Source: Methanobacteriota archaeon
GTDB lineage: Archaea; Thermoplasmatota; Poseidoniia; Poseidoniales; Poseidoniaceae
Direction of reading: 5' to 3'
Assembly (NCBI GenBank): GCA_004195635.1
Contig: PSPT01000002.1
Coordinates: 26,200 to 90,199, forward strand
Length of the DNA stretch: 64,000 bases
Below are positions 35,301 through 44,068 of the stretch, piece by piece. The notes below the pieces were generated by a model. That model did not search any database. It was given only the letters and a program-made list of their open reading frames with translations, and was not told the DNA's origin. Position numbers and translations under genes: made by a program. Numbering within the stretch: the first letter of the stretch is position 1; every line of letters starts with the position of its first letter.

Positions 35301-38153
35301 GTGGGAATACTTGCGGTTATTGTGGAGAGGGGAGTTAATAATTCAGTGCCTCACCGGCACTTTATCATACAAGCAATAGTGATTTGCAGTATCTTACTGG
35401 CTGTAGTCTCGCCACTTGTGGCTACAGCAGAAGAAGCCGAGTCGCCAATCTTTTCGCAAGTGAGTGAATCTGAAAATCATACGGTTGGCTGGATAAAAGA
35501 TGGACAGGGTTACTCGTCAGGTGATTTATTTTACCCCTCGGCCAATGGCTCTGGTGATTGGTCCGATATGGCCGCAAATGGCTCACCCTTCCCTGTTCTA
35601 TTTTTCTTCGTTGATGATGAAGAAACGCTGGATAATTATGATTGGATTTCACAAACTATTGCCTCTGCAGGATATATTGTATGCGTCTTGAAAGATGATT
35701 GGGATCCTTCTGATTATCCACAAATAATGTTTGATATGAATGAGACTTTGAATATTTTTTCTGAGCGATATAATAATTATTCAGAATCCGAGGGCTTGCC
35801 TACAGGTTTTAAAGATGGTTTTGATTTAGATCATTGGGGCGTTTCTGGGCATGGAAAGGGGGCTGCAAATGCCTTAGTTGTAAACGGAAATTGGAATAAC
35901 GATTGGCAAGGCTCAAACGAGACTCTCACTCATGCCCCACCTCGAGCATTATTCGGGCTTGGTTTGGACAAGAGTGATTTAGAGACCTTCATGTATCAAT
36001 TTGCATCTCCACCAAATCCCCAATTCGCTATGTTTTTCACTGGAACTGTTGATGAAATAGCACCGCCAAATCAACACATTATACCGGTGCTTGAGGATTG
36101 GCCGGGCGCTTGGCATTTGCAAGAAGTTCTAGGTGCAAATCACTTGCAATACCAAGATGAAAACTCGTGGTTGGCAGGTTTTTCTGATGGCACTCCGGCG
36201 ATTTCTCGTTCAGAGCAACAAGGTGAAGCACTTGCGCATATTATTCCATATTTGGATTTGATACTCAAGGGAGATCATGACTCATGGATTGAGGCAACGA
36301 GTCGCGAGACAGATTTCGACATGCCTTCAGACAATGAAGCCTATATTTCTGAAATTTTGGATTCGGCCCATCTTCTATTCACAACTAGCCTTTCTCCGGC
36401 AAATCAAGTTCTTGAATTAGGTCAAACTGGATTACTCTACATGGATGTCATGCATCGTAATGGCGAATTACTTTTGCCGGATGACTCCGGTTTAGCAATT
36501 ACTTGTTTTATTATTGGAAGCGAATTGGAATTTAGTGGAAGTCTTGATTGGGCAAATGCAAATGCTAGTTGTACAATGAATTTGGATGAGTTGCCACCAG
36601 GGTATTATCAAGTTGGAATGAAGATCACACATAACGGAATGCCTGCTACACAATATGCAAATATTGTACGGAATAATACTCCCTTAGTTGCGGTAAATCC
36701 CACCCCTTACATTTCTCTTGACCAACATTCTTCTGTGGTGGTAAACTCCTCTGCCTTTGCCTATGATCCAGATGGACAGGATGTATATTTCAGTAATGCT
36801 TCATGGGTAGGTAACCTTGGAGATGAAATGTCAATTATCTTGAATGGACAAAATATGACTATTTTACATACTGGTGAGCCGGAGTTTTCGGGAACTATTC
36901 TCATTTCATTGACTTTCGTAGAAACCGGCACCGTTGACCCAGCCTACCTAAACATTACAACACATGTCAGCATATTACCTGTAGACGATCAAGTTCAAGT
37001 TTTAGATCAAATACCTCGGCAAGAATTTGACGAGGATAGCACAGGCTTGACTCTCAATTTAGGCCAATGGTTTGCCGACCCAGAGGGAGGTCCCATCATG
37101 GGAAGTGTGATTAGTAGCGATGAGGGTTTGAGCGCAATTGTTGTGGGTGATGAACTTCGCATGACATCAAGTGCAGACTGGAATGGTGCTGCTATTATTA
37201 GCCTCTCTATTTCTGACGGAAGTACAAATCCGGTTTTCCAAGAGGTGCCAATTGTGGTCAATCCTGTTGATGATGAGCCACGTTACAATGCATCCGCATG
37301 GAACATTTCTGTTGATGAAGACTCAACAGTTGAAGTAGACCTACGCACCCTTGCCTTTGACCCCGATGGCAATGATTTGAATTATTCTTGGTTAGGTGAA
37401 GTTGCAGGGTGGTCAGTAATAATTGATGGTCTAGAAATGACAATAATTCCTCCCCCGCAAATCAATGGTGATTTCAATATTGGCTTGCTCAATGCTTCCG
37501 ACGGGGTCTTTGCAATTGCTGCAAACCTTACAATTATCGTGAATCCTATTGCCGACCAACCTCAAGTTAGTTGGCAGGGGAATGAGGTATTGAGTGAAAT
37601 GTTAATCGTTCATTATTCCTTCTTTGATGAAGATTTTCCCGAAACACACCAAGTTCAAGCAAGCCTTGATTCGGGAGCATGGACTCAATTAGAGCCACTT
37701 TGTACGGGAGAGCCGTTTGGAGTTTTGCAATGTCAAGTAGTTTGGAATACTTCGGCTTTGATGGATGGCAGCCATAGTATTTCATTGGTTGTAAAGGACG
37801 GATCCTTTACCACAGACTCGCAGCAATTTGTATTCATTACGGGGGTTGAAGAAGTAAGTGAAGATGAGAATGAAGCCCTTGCCGCAATAATTTCCAACCC
37901 TATAGTTTGGGGCAGTTTTGTTGCACTGTTTTTCGTTGCAATTATTTTGCGCGGAGGAAATCCATTCGGTGGAGGTGCTGATTTGGCTCAGGCAGAACAA
38001 ACTCCACTAGCAGCATCCCCGAGACAAGCAGAAGATGTGTTGAAGGAAGTCGAGGTCGCCAATACCGGTTCAGAGAGTTCTGAAAATGCTCGCTCGAATA
38101 CCGCAAAGGGCACAGGTGGCTTACTCGATAAGGCTAATAGATTAAACAAGTGA
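35301..38153 (+). CDS. Secreted/surface protein (950 aa): signal peptide, N-terminal globular domain, cadherin-like repeats, C-terminal TM anchor
   Basis: GTG start. The signal h-region is IVICSILLAVVSPLVATA. VNPVDDEPRY and IVNPIADQPQV are cadherin-like repeat ends. The C-terminal TM is PIVWGSFVALFFVAIIL, followed by a tail. Confidence 0.7.
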   Translation: MGILAVIVERGVNNSVPHRHFIIQAIVICSILLAVVSPLVATAEEAESPIFSQVSESENHTVGWIKDGQGYSSGDLFYPSANGSGDWSDMAANGSPFPVLFFFVDDEETLDNYDWISQTIASAGYIVCVLKDDWDPSDYPQIMFDMNETLNIFSERYNNYSESEGLPTGFKDGFDLDHWGVSGHGKGAANALVVNGNWNNDWQGSNETLTHAPPRALFGLGLDKSDLETFMYQFASPPNPQFAMFFTGTVDEIAPPNQHIIPVLEDWPGAWHLQEVLGANHLQYQDENSWLAGFSDGTPAISRSEQQGEALAHIIPYLDLILKGDHDSWIEATSRETDFDMPSDNEAYISEILDSAHLLFTTSLSPANQVLELGQTGLLYMDVMHRNGELLLPDDSGLAITCFIIGSELEFSGSLDWANANASCTMNLDELPPGYYQVGMKITHNGMPATQYANIVRNNTPLVAVNPTPYISLDQHSSVVVNSSAFAYDPDGQDVYFSNASWVGNLGDEMSIILNGQNMTILHTGEPEFSGTILISLTFVETGTVDPAYLNITTHVSILPVDDQVQVLDQIPRQEFDEDSTGLTLNLGQWFADPEGGPIMGSVISSDEGLSAIVVGDELRMTSSADWNGAAIISLSISDGSTNPVFQEVPIVVNPVDDEPRYNASAWNISVDEDSTVEVDLRTLAFDPDGNDLNYSWLGEVAGWSVIIDGLEMTIIPPPQINGDFNIGLLNASDGVFAIAANLTIIVNPIADQPQVSWQGNEVLSEMLIVHYSFFDEDFPETHQVQASLDSGAWTQLEPLCTGEPFGVLQCQVVWNTSALMDGSHSISLVVKDGSFTTDSQQFVFITGVEEVSEDENEALAAIISNPIVWGSFVALFFVAIILRGGNPFGGGADLAQAEQTPLAASPRQAEDVLKEVEVANTGSESSENARSNTAKGTGGLLDKANRLNK

Positions 38154-38204
38154 AGAGAACAAGCCCCTCGTATTATTACAAATAATTTCATTTGGTAATG
38201 TTTT

Positions 38205-39881
38205 CTAAAGGGGAATATTACCGTGTTTTTTACTTGGAGTCCATTCTTTTTTATTGCGAAGGAGACGCAAGGCTCGGCATAAGCGCAGACGAGTTTCCGC
38301 AGGTTCAATTACGTCATCCAGCCAACCGTTACGAGCAGCAACATAGGGGTCGCCAAACTTTTTCTTGTAGTCGCTGACTAAATTTTGTCGAACATTTTCT
38401 CGTTCCGCTTCTTCAACTGCATTGATTTCACGGCGGTGGATTACATTCACCGCACCCTCTGCCCCCATAACTGCTAATTCAGCAGTAGGCCAAGCAATAT
38501 TGTAATCAGAACCCAGGTGCTTACAGGACATAGCAAGGTAAGCGCCACCATATGCTTTGCGCGTAATTAAGGTTAATTTAGGGACAGTGGCCTCAGCATA
38601 TGCATAGAGTAATTTTGCACCATGGCGGATAATTCCACCCCATTCTTGGATGACACCGGGGAGGAATCCTGGGACATCTTCAATAGTGACTAGAGGGAGA
38701 TTGAAAGCATCGCAAGTTCTAATGAAACGAGAGGCTTTTATTGAAGCATCTATGTCGAGACAACCGGCCAATACCTTTGGCTGATTTGCGATTATTCCAA
38801 CGGGCATGCCGTCCATTCGGGCTAAACCTATGACAATGTTTTCTGCATATGCCTCAAATAGTTCAAGGAAGGCACCATCATCCACTACTTCTTCGATGAC
38901 TTTCGTCATATCGTAGGGCCGGTTGGGATTATCTGGGACGAAAGTTTCAAGGATTTCATTCGCTCTTTCAATTGGGTCGCCACTTGGCATGTGTGGAGGC
39001 ATTGCATCAAAGTGATCTGGGAAGTGGGCGAGAATTTCAGCGGCCAAAGCCATCGCTTCTTCCTCATCTTCAGCTATCAAACAGGCAATACCAGAACGGC
39101 TTGCATGCATGTTTGCCCCTCCAATTTCATCTGCAATCAATTCGCCTGAGGCGAATTCTGGCGTTTCAAGTGGAGAGGAAAGGAATAGTTGGCCGTGTTC
39201 GCGTCCAAGAATTGTAAAATCAGCAAGTCCTGCTGCGAGTGCAGAAACTCCAACGACAGGGCCCAAAACTATACTGATTATTGGAATGCGTCCGCTGCAT
39301 GAAACAATGTGGTCGAGAAGTTCGCCGGTTCCACCAAGTGCAGGGATTCCGTCGTGGGCTCGTTGCCCACCGCCATCCCAAATACACAATAGGGGCACTT
39401 TACTGCGTTCAGCCATTTCAACTACCTTGGTGATTTTCTTGGCGTGCATTTCACCCATACTACCGCCGTGTACGCTGAAATCTTGAGCGAAACAATATAC
39501 GCGTCGCCCATCAATTGTGCCATGTCCAGCCACTACTCCATCACCGAGATGCTTGAGCATGTGTAAGTTATGTTCACTTGCACGATGGGTAATGAATGTG
39601 TCAATTTCGATGAAAGACTCTTGATCCAATAGCCAGCGGATTCGGTCGCGAGCAGTTCCCCGACCACTAACGCGAATTGCCTCAAGCCGCTTTAGCCCGC
39701 CGCCCAATTCGGCTTGGGACTTTGCATAGGCAAGGTCCTCCAAGCGCTCAGCAGTTGGTCCGCTTGTGGAACTAGAAACTGCGCCGGAGGCGTCACTTGA
39801 ATCAGCGCCCATATAATGCTGGGTGAGGTGGAGGCTTTTGACTAAAGCGGTATATTTCGAAAAAACTCTCCCTACAATCAT
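38205..39881 (-). CDS. Acyl-CoA carboxylase carboxyltransferase subunit (propionyl-CoA carboxylase beta / methylmalonyl-CoA carboxyltransferase family)
   Basis: It has the carboxyl-transferase duplicated crotonase fold, including GHGTIDGRRVYCFAQDFSVHGGSMGEMHAKKI and GGAYLAMSCKHLGSD motifs. Confidence 0.8.
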   Translation of the reverse strand: MIVGRVFSKYTALVKSLHLTQHYMGADSSDASGAVSSSTSGPTAERLEDLAYAKSQAELGGGLKRLEAIRVSGRGTARDRIRWLLDQESFIEIDTFITHRASEHNLHMLKHLGDGVVAGHGTIDGRRVYCFAQDFSVHGGSMGEMHAKKITKVVEMAERSKVPLLCIWDGGGQRAHDGIPALGGTGELLDHIVSCSGRIPIISIVLGPVVGVSALAAGLADFTILGREHGQLFLSSPLETPEFASGELIADEIGGANMHASRSGIACLIAEDEEEAMALAAEILAHFPDHFDAMPPHMPSGDPIERANEILETFVPDNPNRPYDMTKVIEEVVDDGAFLELFEAYAENIVIGLARMDGMPVGIIANQPKVLAGCLDIDASIKASRFIRTCDAFNLPLVTIEDVPGFLPGVIQEWGGIIRHGAKLLYAYAEATVPKLTLITRKAYGGAYLAMSCKHLGSDYNIAWPTAELAVMGAEGAVNVIHRREINAVEEAERENVRQNLVSDYKKKFGDPYVAARNGWLDDVIEPAETRLRLCRALRLLRNKKEWTPSKKHGNIPL

Positions 39882-39915
39882 TTTTCATGGGGTAGTAATT
39901 TTGGATATTGTTTGA

Positions 39916-41280
39916 TTACGATCTAATTTGAGTTGGATTTTCTCCAAGTAAATTGGATTGTAAATCCTCAGCAAGGTTTCGGCCCTGAGATAAACTCCAG
40001 TGAGTTTTCACGACAATCGTATCGGGGGATGAGTTACTCCCTTGGCCAAGAATACCCATGTTTTGCTGATTCCTTCCTTTAGAATATACGTTCATATTTA
40101 CCGGTCCATTAATGCATAGATTTGCCATGATAACATGGAGGCCATCTGCAATGACTTGTGAGATTGTCTCGGCAAGTTTGTCATTCTCGGGAGCATCACC
40201 GTTTGGATTTTCAATTGGCAGGTGTCCGAGCCCAGTGCCATGAAAAACGAGTGCTGAATAGCCGTTATTTGCAACTGCAGAAACTATGTCGGGAAGGAGG
40301 TGTGGCCCGCCATTGAGTTGGGCGATTTTGATTTTGCAATCATACATGGTAGGGGTGGTGCTTTGTCGTGGGGCAGTACTGGCCAATGCACTCTCATATG
40401 AAGGTGAGAGGGTGTGAGAAGGCTTGCCGCGGTTGATATGAACGATTGCTAGAGGCTCTGCATTTATTGGCTTGAAAGCATCTCTTCGTGTTGAGTGAAG
40501 TTTTCTTGAGGAGCAACCGGGAAGTATTGCTATTTCTCCATCACTGGAATTTGCGTGCATTACTACTACAGTACTGTCACCTAAGCCGCCGTTGATGGCT
40601 GGGCCGTTTGCGGCCCAGTGTACTGCTGCGATGAGATTTTCTCCGGCATCGGATGAACCTCGGTCAGAAGAGCGTTGTGAACCGGTCACCGCTATCCTTC
40701 CTGAAGGCGAACCACCTTCTCCAGCCCATCCGAATGCAAGGGCGGCGGCAGTGATTGCGAGAGTATCGGTGCCGCTGGTAACAACGACGCCAACAGCGCC
40801 CTCAGCAAATGCTTGTGCCGAAGCAGAAAGGAGTGAATTCCAATGTTGAGGGCGCATGTCATCAGACCACATATTGCCAAGTTTTATCGCTTCAATACGA
40901 GCAATTTCAGCCAGTTCGGGTACTGCTGAAATTAACTCTTCAGGTTCAAAACTTGCAACAACTGCGCCGGTCGCATAGTCGACTTTGGAAGCGATTGTTC
41001 CGCCGGTATGAAGAATACGAACAAGGGGTAAATTATTTTGCTCAGCATTCAATATTCCCTCAGAGTCGGTGTTTTCAGAAGGCGAGGAATTCGTAGGTTG
41101 GAGGGTGGTGAGGGAAAGTATGGCATTCACTGGATGGCTTACATTATATCCATTTACTAATTTCAGTGACAAATACCCGGGTGATGCAGGGGGAATGATG
41201 ACACCAATGTGTTCTACTTCACCAGACCATGTGCGCAAGTTAACCTGCACTCGAGTCCCCACTTCCGGAATCGCTGCCAT
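39916..41280 (-). CDS. gatD: Glutamyl-tRNA(Gln) amidotransferase subunit D (GatD)
   Basis: RILHTGGTIASKVDY is the L-asparaginase-type signature. It follows the archaeal GatD N-terminal domain. Size is ~450 aa. Confidence 0.75.
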   Translation of the reverse strand: MAAIPEVGTRVQVNLRTWSGEVEHIGVIIPPASPGYLSLKLVNGYNVSHPVNAILSLTTLQPTNSSPSENTDSEGILNAEQNNLPLVRILHTGGTIASKVDYATGAVVASFEPEELISAVPELAEIARIEAIKLGNMWSDDMRPQHWNSLLSASAQAFAEGAVGVVVTSGTDTLAITAAALAFGWAGEGGSPSGRIAVTGSQRSSDRGSSDAGENLIAAVHWAANGPAINGGLGDSTVVVMHANSSDGEIAILPGCSSRKLHSTRRDAFKPINAEPLAIVHINRGKPSHTLSPSYESALASTAPRQSTTPTMYDCKIKIAQLNGGPHLLPDIVSAVANNGYSALVFHGTGLGHLPIENPNGDAPENDKLAETISQVIADGLHVIMANLCINGPVNMNVYSKGRNQQNMGILGQGSNSSPDTIVVKTHWSLSQGRNLAEDLQSNLLGENPTQIRS

Positions 41281-41411
41281 GTCACCTGCTCATGTGTAAG
41301 GCACTTGAAACTCTCCCCAAAACAATGCTAAGTTCAATTACTTATATTGGAAAAAGTTCTCGCCAATTAGAATAACTTTTTTAAAAAGCCCGCGTAGTTT
41401 GAAGCATAAAG

Positions 41412-41540
41412 TGCCGGGAGCGGGGCTTGAACCCGCGACCTTCGGATGTCTCAGACATCATCTTGGCTGACTTTTCAGCGCGACTCGTGCAAAATTGCTG
41501 CCCTATGAGTCCGACGCGCCACCAACTACGCCACCCCGGC
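41412..41540 (-). tRNA. tRNA with anticodon CAU (elongator Met or Ile2) containing a 56-nt intron at 37/38
   Basis: The exons are GCCGGGG-UG-GCGU-AGUUGGUG-GCGC-G-UCGGA-CUCAUA and A-UCCGA-AGGUC-GCGGG-UUCAAGC-CCCGC-UCCCGGC-A. All four stems pair. G1-C72 excludes an initiator tRNA. CCA is not encoded. Confidence 0.7.
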
Positions 41541-41617
41541 TTTAGATGCGGCGACCAACCACCCCCCCTTGAAAGATGCGGATGATAAATCACTGAATTA
41601 TTTGGTTATTTAGAAAT

Positions 41618-42589
41618 ATGGTGAGGGGCAGAATACATGAGGTAAGTCGTTGTCGGCGATACATGGTTGACCTCTCAACTGCCATGGCTGCAGCCGGAGC
41701 CGAACGCGGTAAGCGCCAAAAAGGAGATAAAGAAAAGAGAGGTAAATCTGGGCGGAAACATGGCCTTGAGCCCTTTGACCCACAAAAGTATGTGGCCAAG
41801 GAAAAAGCCGACACTGCGTCCATGTGGCTTGTACTCTTTTTCGCCCTTCTTATTGGTTCAATCACAAGATATATCTTCATGCCCACTCTCGATGGAAGTG
41901 GTGGAAATGACCTTCTTTGGGTTGGCCCATTGGCAATGATTATCCTCATTCCTGCTATTCATCGTCACTTAATGCCGCAGAGTTTTGTTGAGCATTATAC
42001 TTCGCAAACTTGGATCAAAGCCGGCTTTCTTTATACCTTCACTTGGTTAGCAGTATCATTCCTATTAACCAATCCCCCCTTTGGAGATATTGGTTCTCCT
42101 GAACCTTCTGCAGGCTGGACAATAATTCTTGAAGATGGTAGTGATTGGTATATGCCACAGGATAACTTAACCTCTAAGAATACAATTTTTTGGGAAGCAA
42201 CCGATGGTAGTGATGACCCATTCCTTGCAGGTGAGGCTTGGTTGTTATTTGCAATTGCAGATAATGCTGACCCAAATGATGCAAATTTCAAGGTTTCAAT
42301 AAGCAAAGATGGCGAAAATTCTACTGAACTGAATATTTCTGAATCAGAATGGGACCGGATGATGGCTGGACGGATTTCGGCAACAGAAGCATCTGTAAAT
42401 TCCTCAATTGAATCTCACGATGTAGTGTTAGTTGATAATGATGCAGACCGGCCTATTGCGATAAACCTCGGTGAAGATCTTGCAGTCGGAATTTATAGTA
42501 TTAGTTTTGAAGTGACTGAGCAGGGCGAGCCATGGGTTAATACAAATTCATGGACTTGGAAGTTGATAATTACTGAACAAGAAGCCTAA
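41618..42589 (+). CDS. Hypothetical membrane protein with acidic extracellular C-terminal domain
   Basis: A basic N-terminus and 3-4 TM helices are followed by a D/E-rich ~170-aa domain. The start codon is uncertain; internal ATGs at MVDLS and MAAAG are possible. Confidence 0.45.
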   Translation: MVRGRIHEVSRCRRYMVDLSTAMAAAGAERGKRQKGDKEKRGKSGRKHGLEPFDPQKYVAKEKADTASMWLVLFFALLIGSITRYIFMPTLDGSGGNDLLWVGPLAMIILIPAIHRHLMPQSFVEHYTSQTWIKAGFLYTFTWLAVSFLLTNPPFGDIGSPEPSAGWTIILEDGSDWYMPQDNLTSKNTIFWEATDGSDDPFLAGEAWLLFAIADNADPNDANFKVSISKDGENSTELNISESEWDRMMAGRISATEASVNSSIESHDVVLVDNDADRPIAINLGEDLAVGIYSISFEVTEQGEPWVNTNSWTWKLIITEQEA

Positions 42590-42983
42590 ATCCAAGCAGG
42601 TTGCTGAAGTTCATTGTATTCACGGGCTAATTTTTTGCAGAGGTGAGCAACTTTTCTTTGTACTCGGGCAATTTCCCGCTCTTCATTCATTTTTCTTCGT
42701 CGGTTTATTCTAATAATCCCTGCAAGAGGTGTCCAGCAGGCTAAATCAGTTAATTGCGTCGCATTCATGTGCATCCCAATTGCCCCAATGGGTTCTGAAC
42801 TACCTCATTGTTGTAGGGGGGTGGAGGGAAAACTGAAAGTGAATAATGCGACTTAGCATCCTCTTTCCTTGGTTCTTTACTGAAAGTGAAACTATTCCCT
42901 TTTCATGTTGAGATGCAAAATAAAGTTCTTCGGTAAAGCCAATTTATGGTATTATGGAAGAGGCAAAGGTAAGGAGAAATACA

Positions 42984-43940
42984 TTATTGAGTCAGTGCCT
43001 GACAAATTCTTGCAGTCATCGCATCCAATTGTAGTTGTTCGCCGCCGCCTTCAACCAATCGAAAATCAATTTCAGCCATTAATTCGGTGAGGTCAAGTTT
43101 TGCTAATTCGCTTAAGAAATCCGTATTGTAAAGTTCACGGTGTAATTGGTTTACAAAATCGGTCCCTGCTAGGCCAAATTTGTCCAACAATTCCCTTAAT
43201 CTTCGGCGTGCTGCATGAAATCCATCTTCTCTACAGGCTAGTAAATATTGTTGCAATGCTTCAGGGGGCGCAGTTGCAGTAGTTTCATAAATCATATTCC
43301 TTGTGACATGCCCATCAATTGCAGCAGCAACTTGGAGTGCAGTCAATGCTTTTCTCATATCACCAAGGCTAATCGCAACAACTGCGTTAGCAGCATCATC
43401 ATCAATTACTATTTTTTCCGAGGCAGAAACTTCTTGCACCTGTTCAAGAACATCTTTGTCCGCAAGAGGTCTAAATCGGAAAATTGCACAACGAGATTGA
43501 ATAGGCTCAATAATTTTTGAGGAATAATTGCACGACATAATAAATCGGCAAGTTTCAGCATATTGTTCCATTATTCGCCGCAGAGCACCTTGTGCATCAT
43601 TTGTCAAGGCATCTGCTTCATCGAGAAAAATAATCTTAAATTTTGCTCCGCCAAAAGGACTTGTTCGGGCAAATTGCTTGACTTTATTACGGATATCTTC
43701 CAATTTCCGTTCATCACTGGCATTCATTTCAAGCAGATTTTGCTTGAACTCCTTGCCGAAGACATCTCGAGTAAGTGCCATCGCCGCAGTTGTTTTTCCA
43801 GTCCCCGGTGGCCCGGCAAATAGGAGATGCGGGAATGATTTTTTTTGTGCATAAGCCAATAATCGTTCAACCACTGCTGGTTGTCCTTTTATCTCACTTA
43901 CCGACCTCGGCCGATGTTTTTCAACCCACAGTTCATTCAT
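42984..43940 (-). CDS. rfcS: Replication factor C small subunit
   Basis: MNELWVEKHRP, the Walker A motif FAGPPGTGKTT, the DEAD box FLDEAD and the SRC motif are all present. There is no intein. Confidence 0.85.
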   Translation of the reverse strand: MNELWVEKHRPRSVSEIKGQPAVVERLLAYAQKKSFPHLLFAGPPGTGKTTAAMALTRDVFGKEFKQNLLEMNASDERKLEDIRNKVKQFARTSPFGGAKFKIIFLDEADALTNDAQGALRRIMEQYAETCRFIMSCNYSSKIIEPIQSRCAIFRFRPLADKDVLEQVQEVSASEKIVIDDDAANAVVAISLGDMRKALTALQVAAAIDGHVTRNMIYETTATAPPEALQQYLLACREDGFHAARRRLRELLDKFGLAGTDFVNQLHRELYNTDFLSELAKLDLTELMAEIDFRLVEGGGEQLQLDAMTARICQALTQ

Positions 43941-44068
43941 CTGATTCGTAGTGCGGTTGCGGCAATGCTCAATGAACATTCCCATTGTAAAATCACCTTC
44001 AAATATGTACAGTACAGAAGTCCGTTAAGGAACGCACTTATGACCCATAACTGCCTCGCCATAGGCGA

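Noticed and set aside
35500-35900. Alpha/beta-hydrolase (lipase/esterase) call for the N-terminal domain of the 950-aa surface protein
   Set aside because: The closest nucleophile-elbow candidate, GVSGHG, does not fit GxSxG. There is no HG oxyanion motif. A hydrolase call is unsupported.
41450-41505. Possible box C/D sRNA inside the tRNA(CAU) intron
   Set aside because: There is no 5' C box. The C'-like UGAUG and terminal CUGA are only 2 nt apart, leaving no guide region.
42586-42774. 62-aa basic ORF (minus strand) between the membrane-protein gene and rfcS
   Set aside because: It is too short and featureless to call. It is kept only as a possible small protein in the direct-repeat finding.
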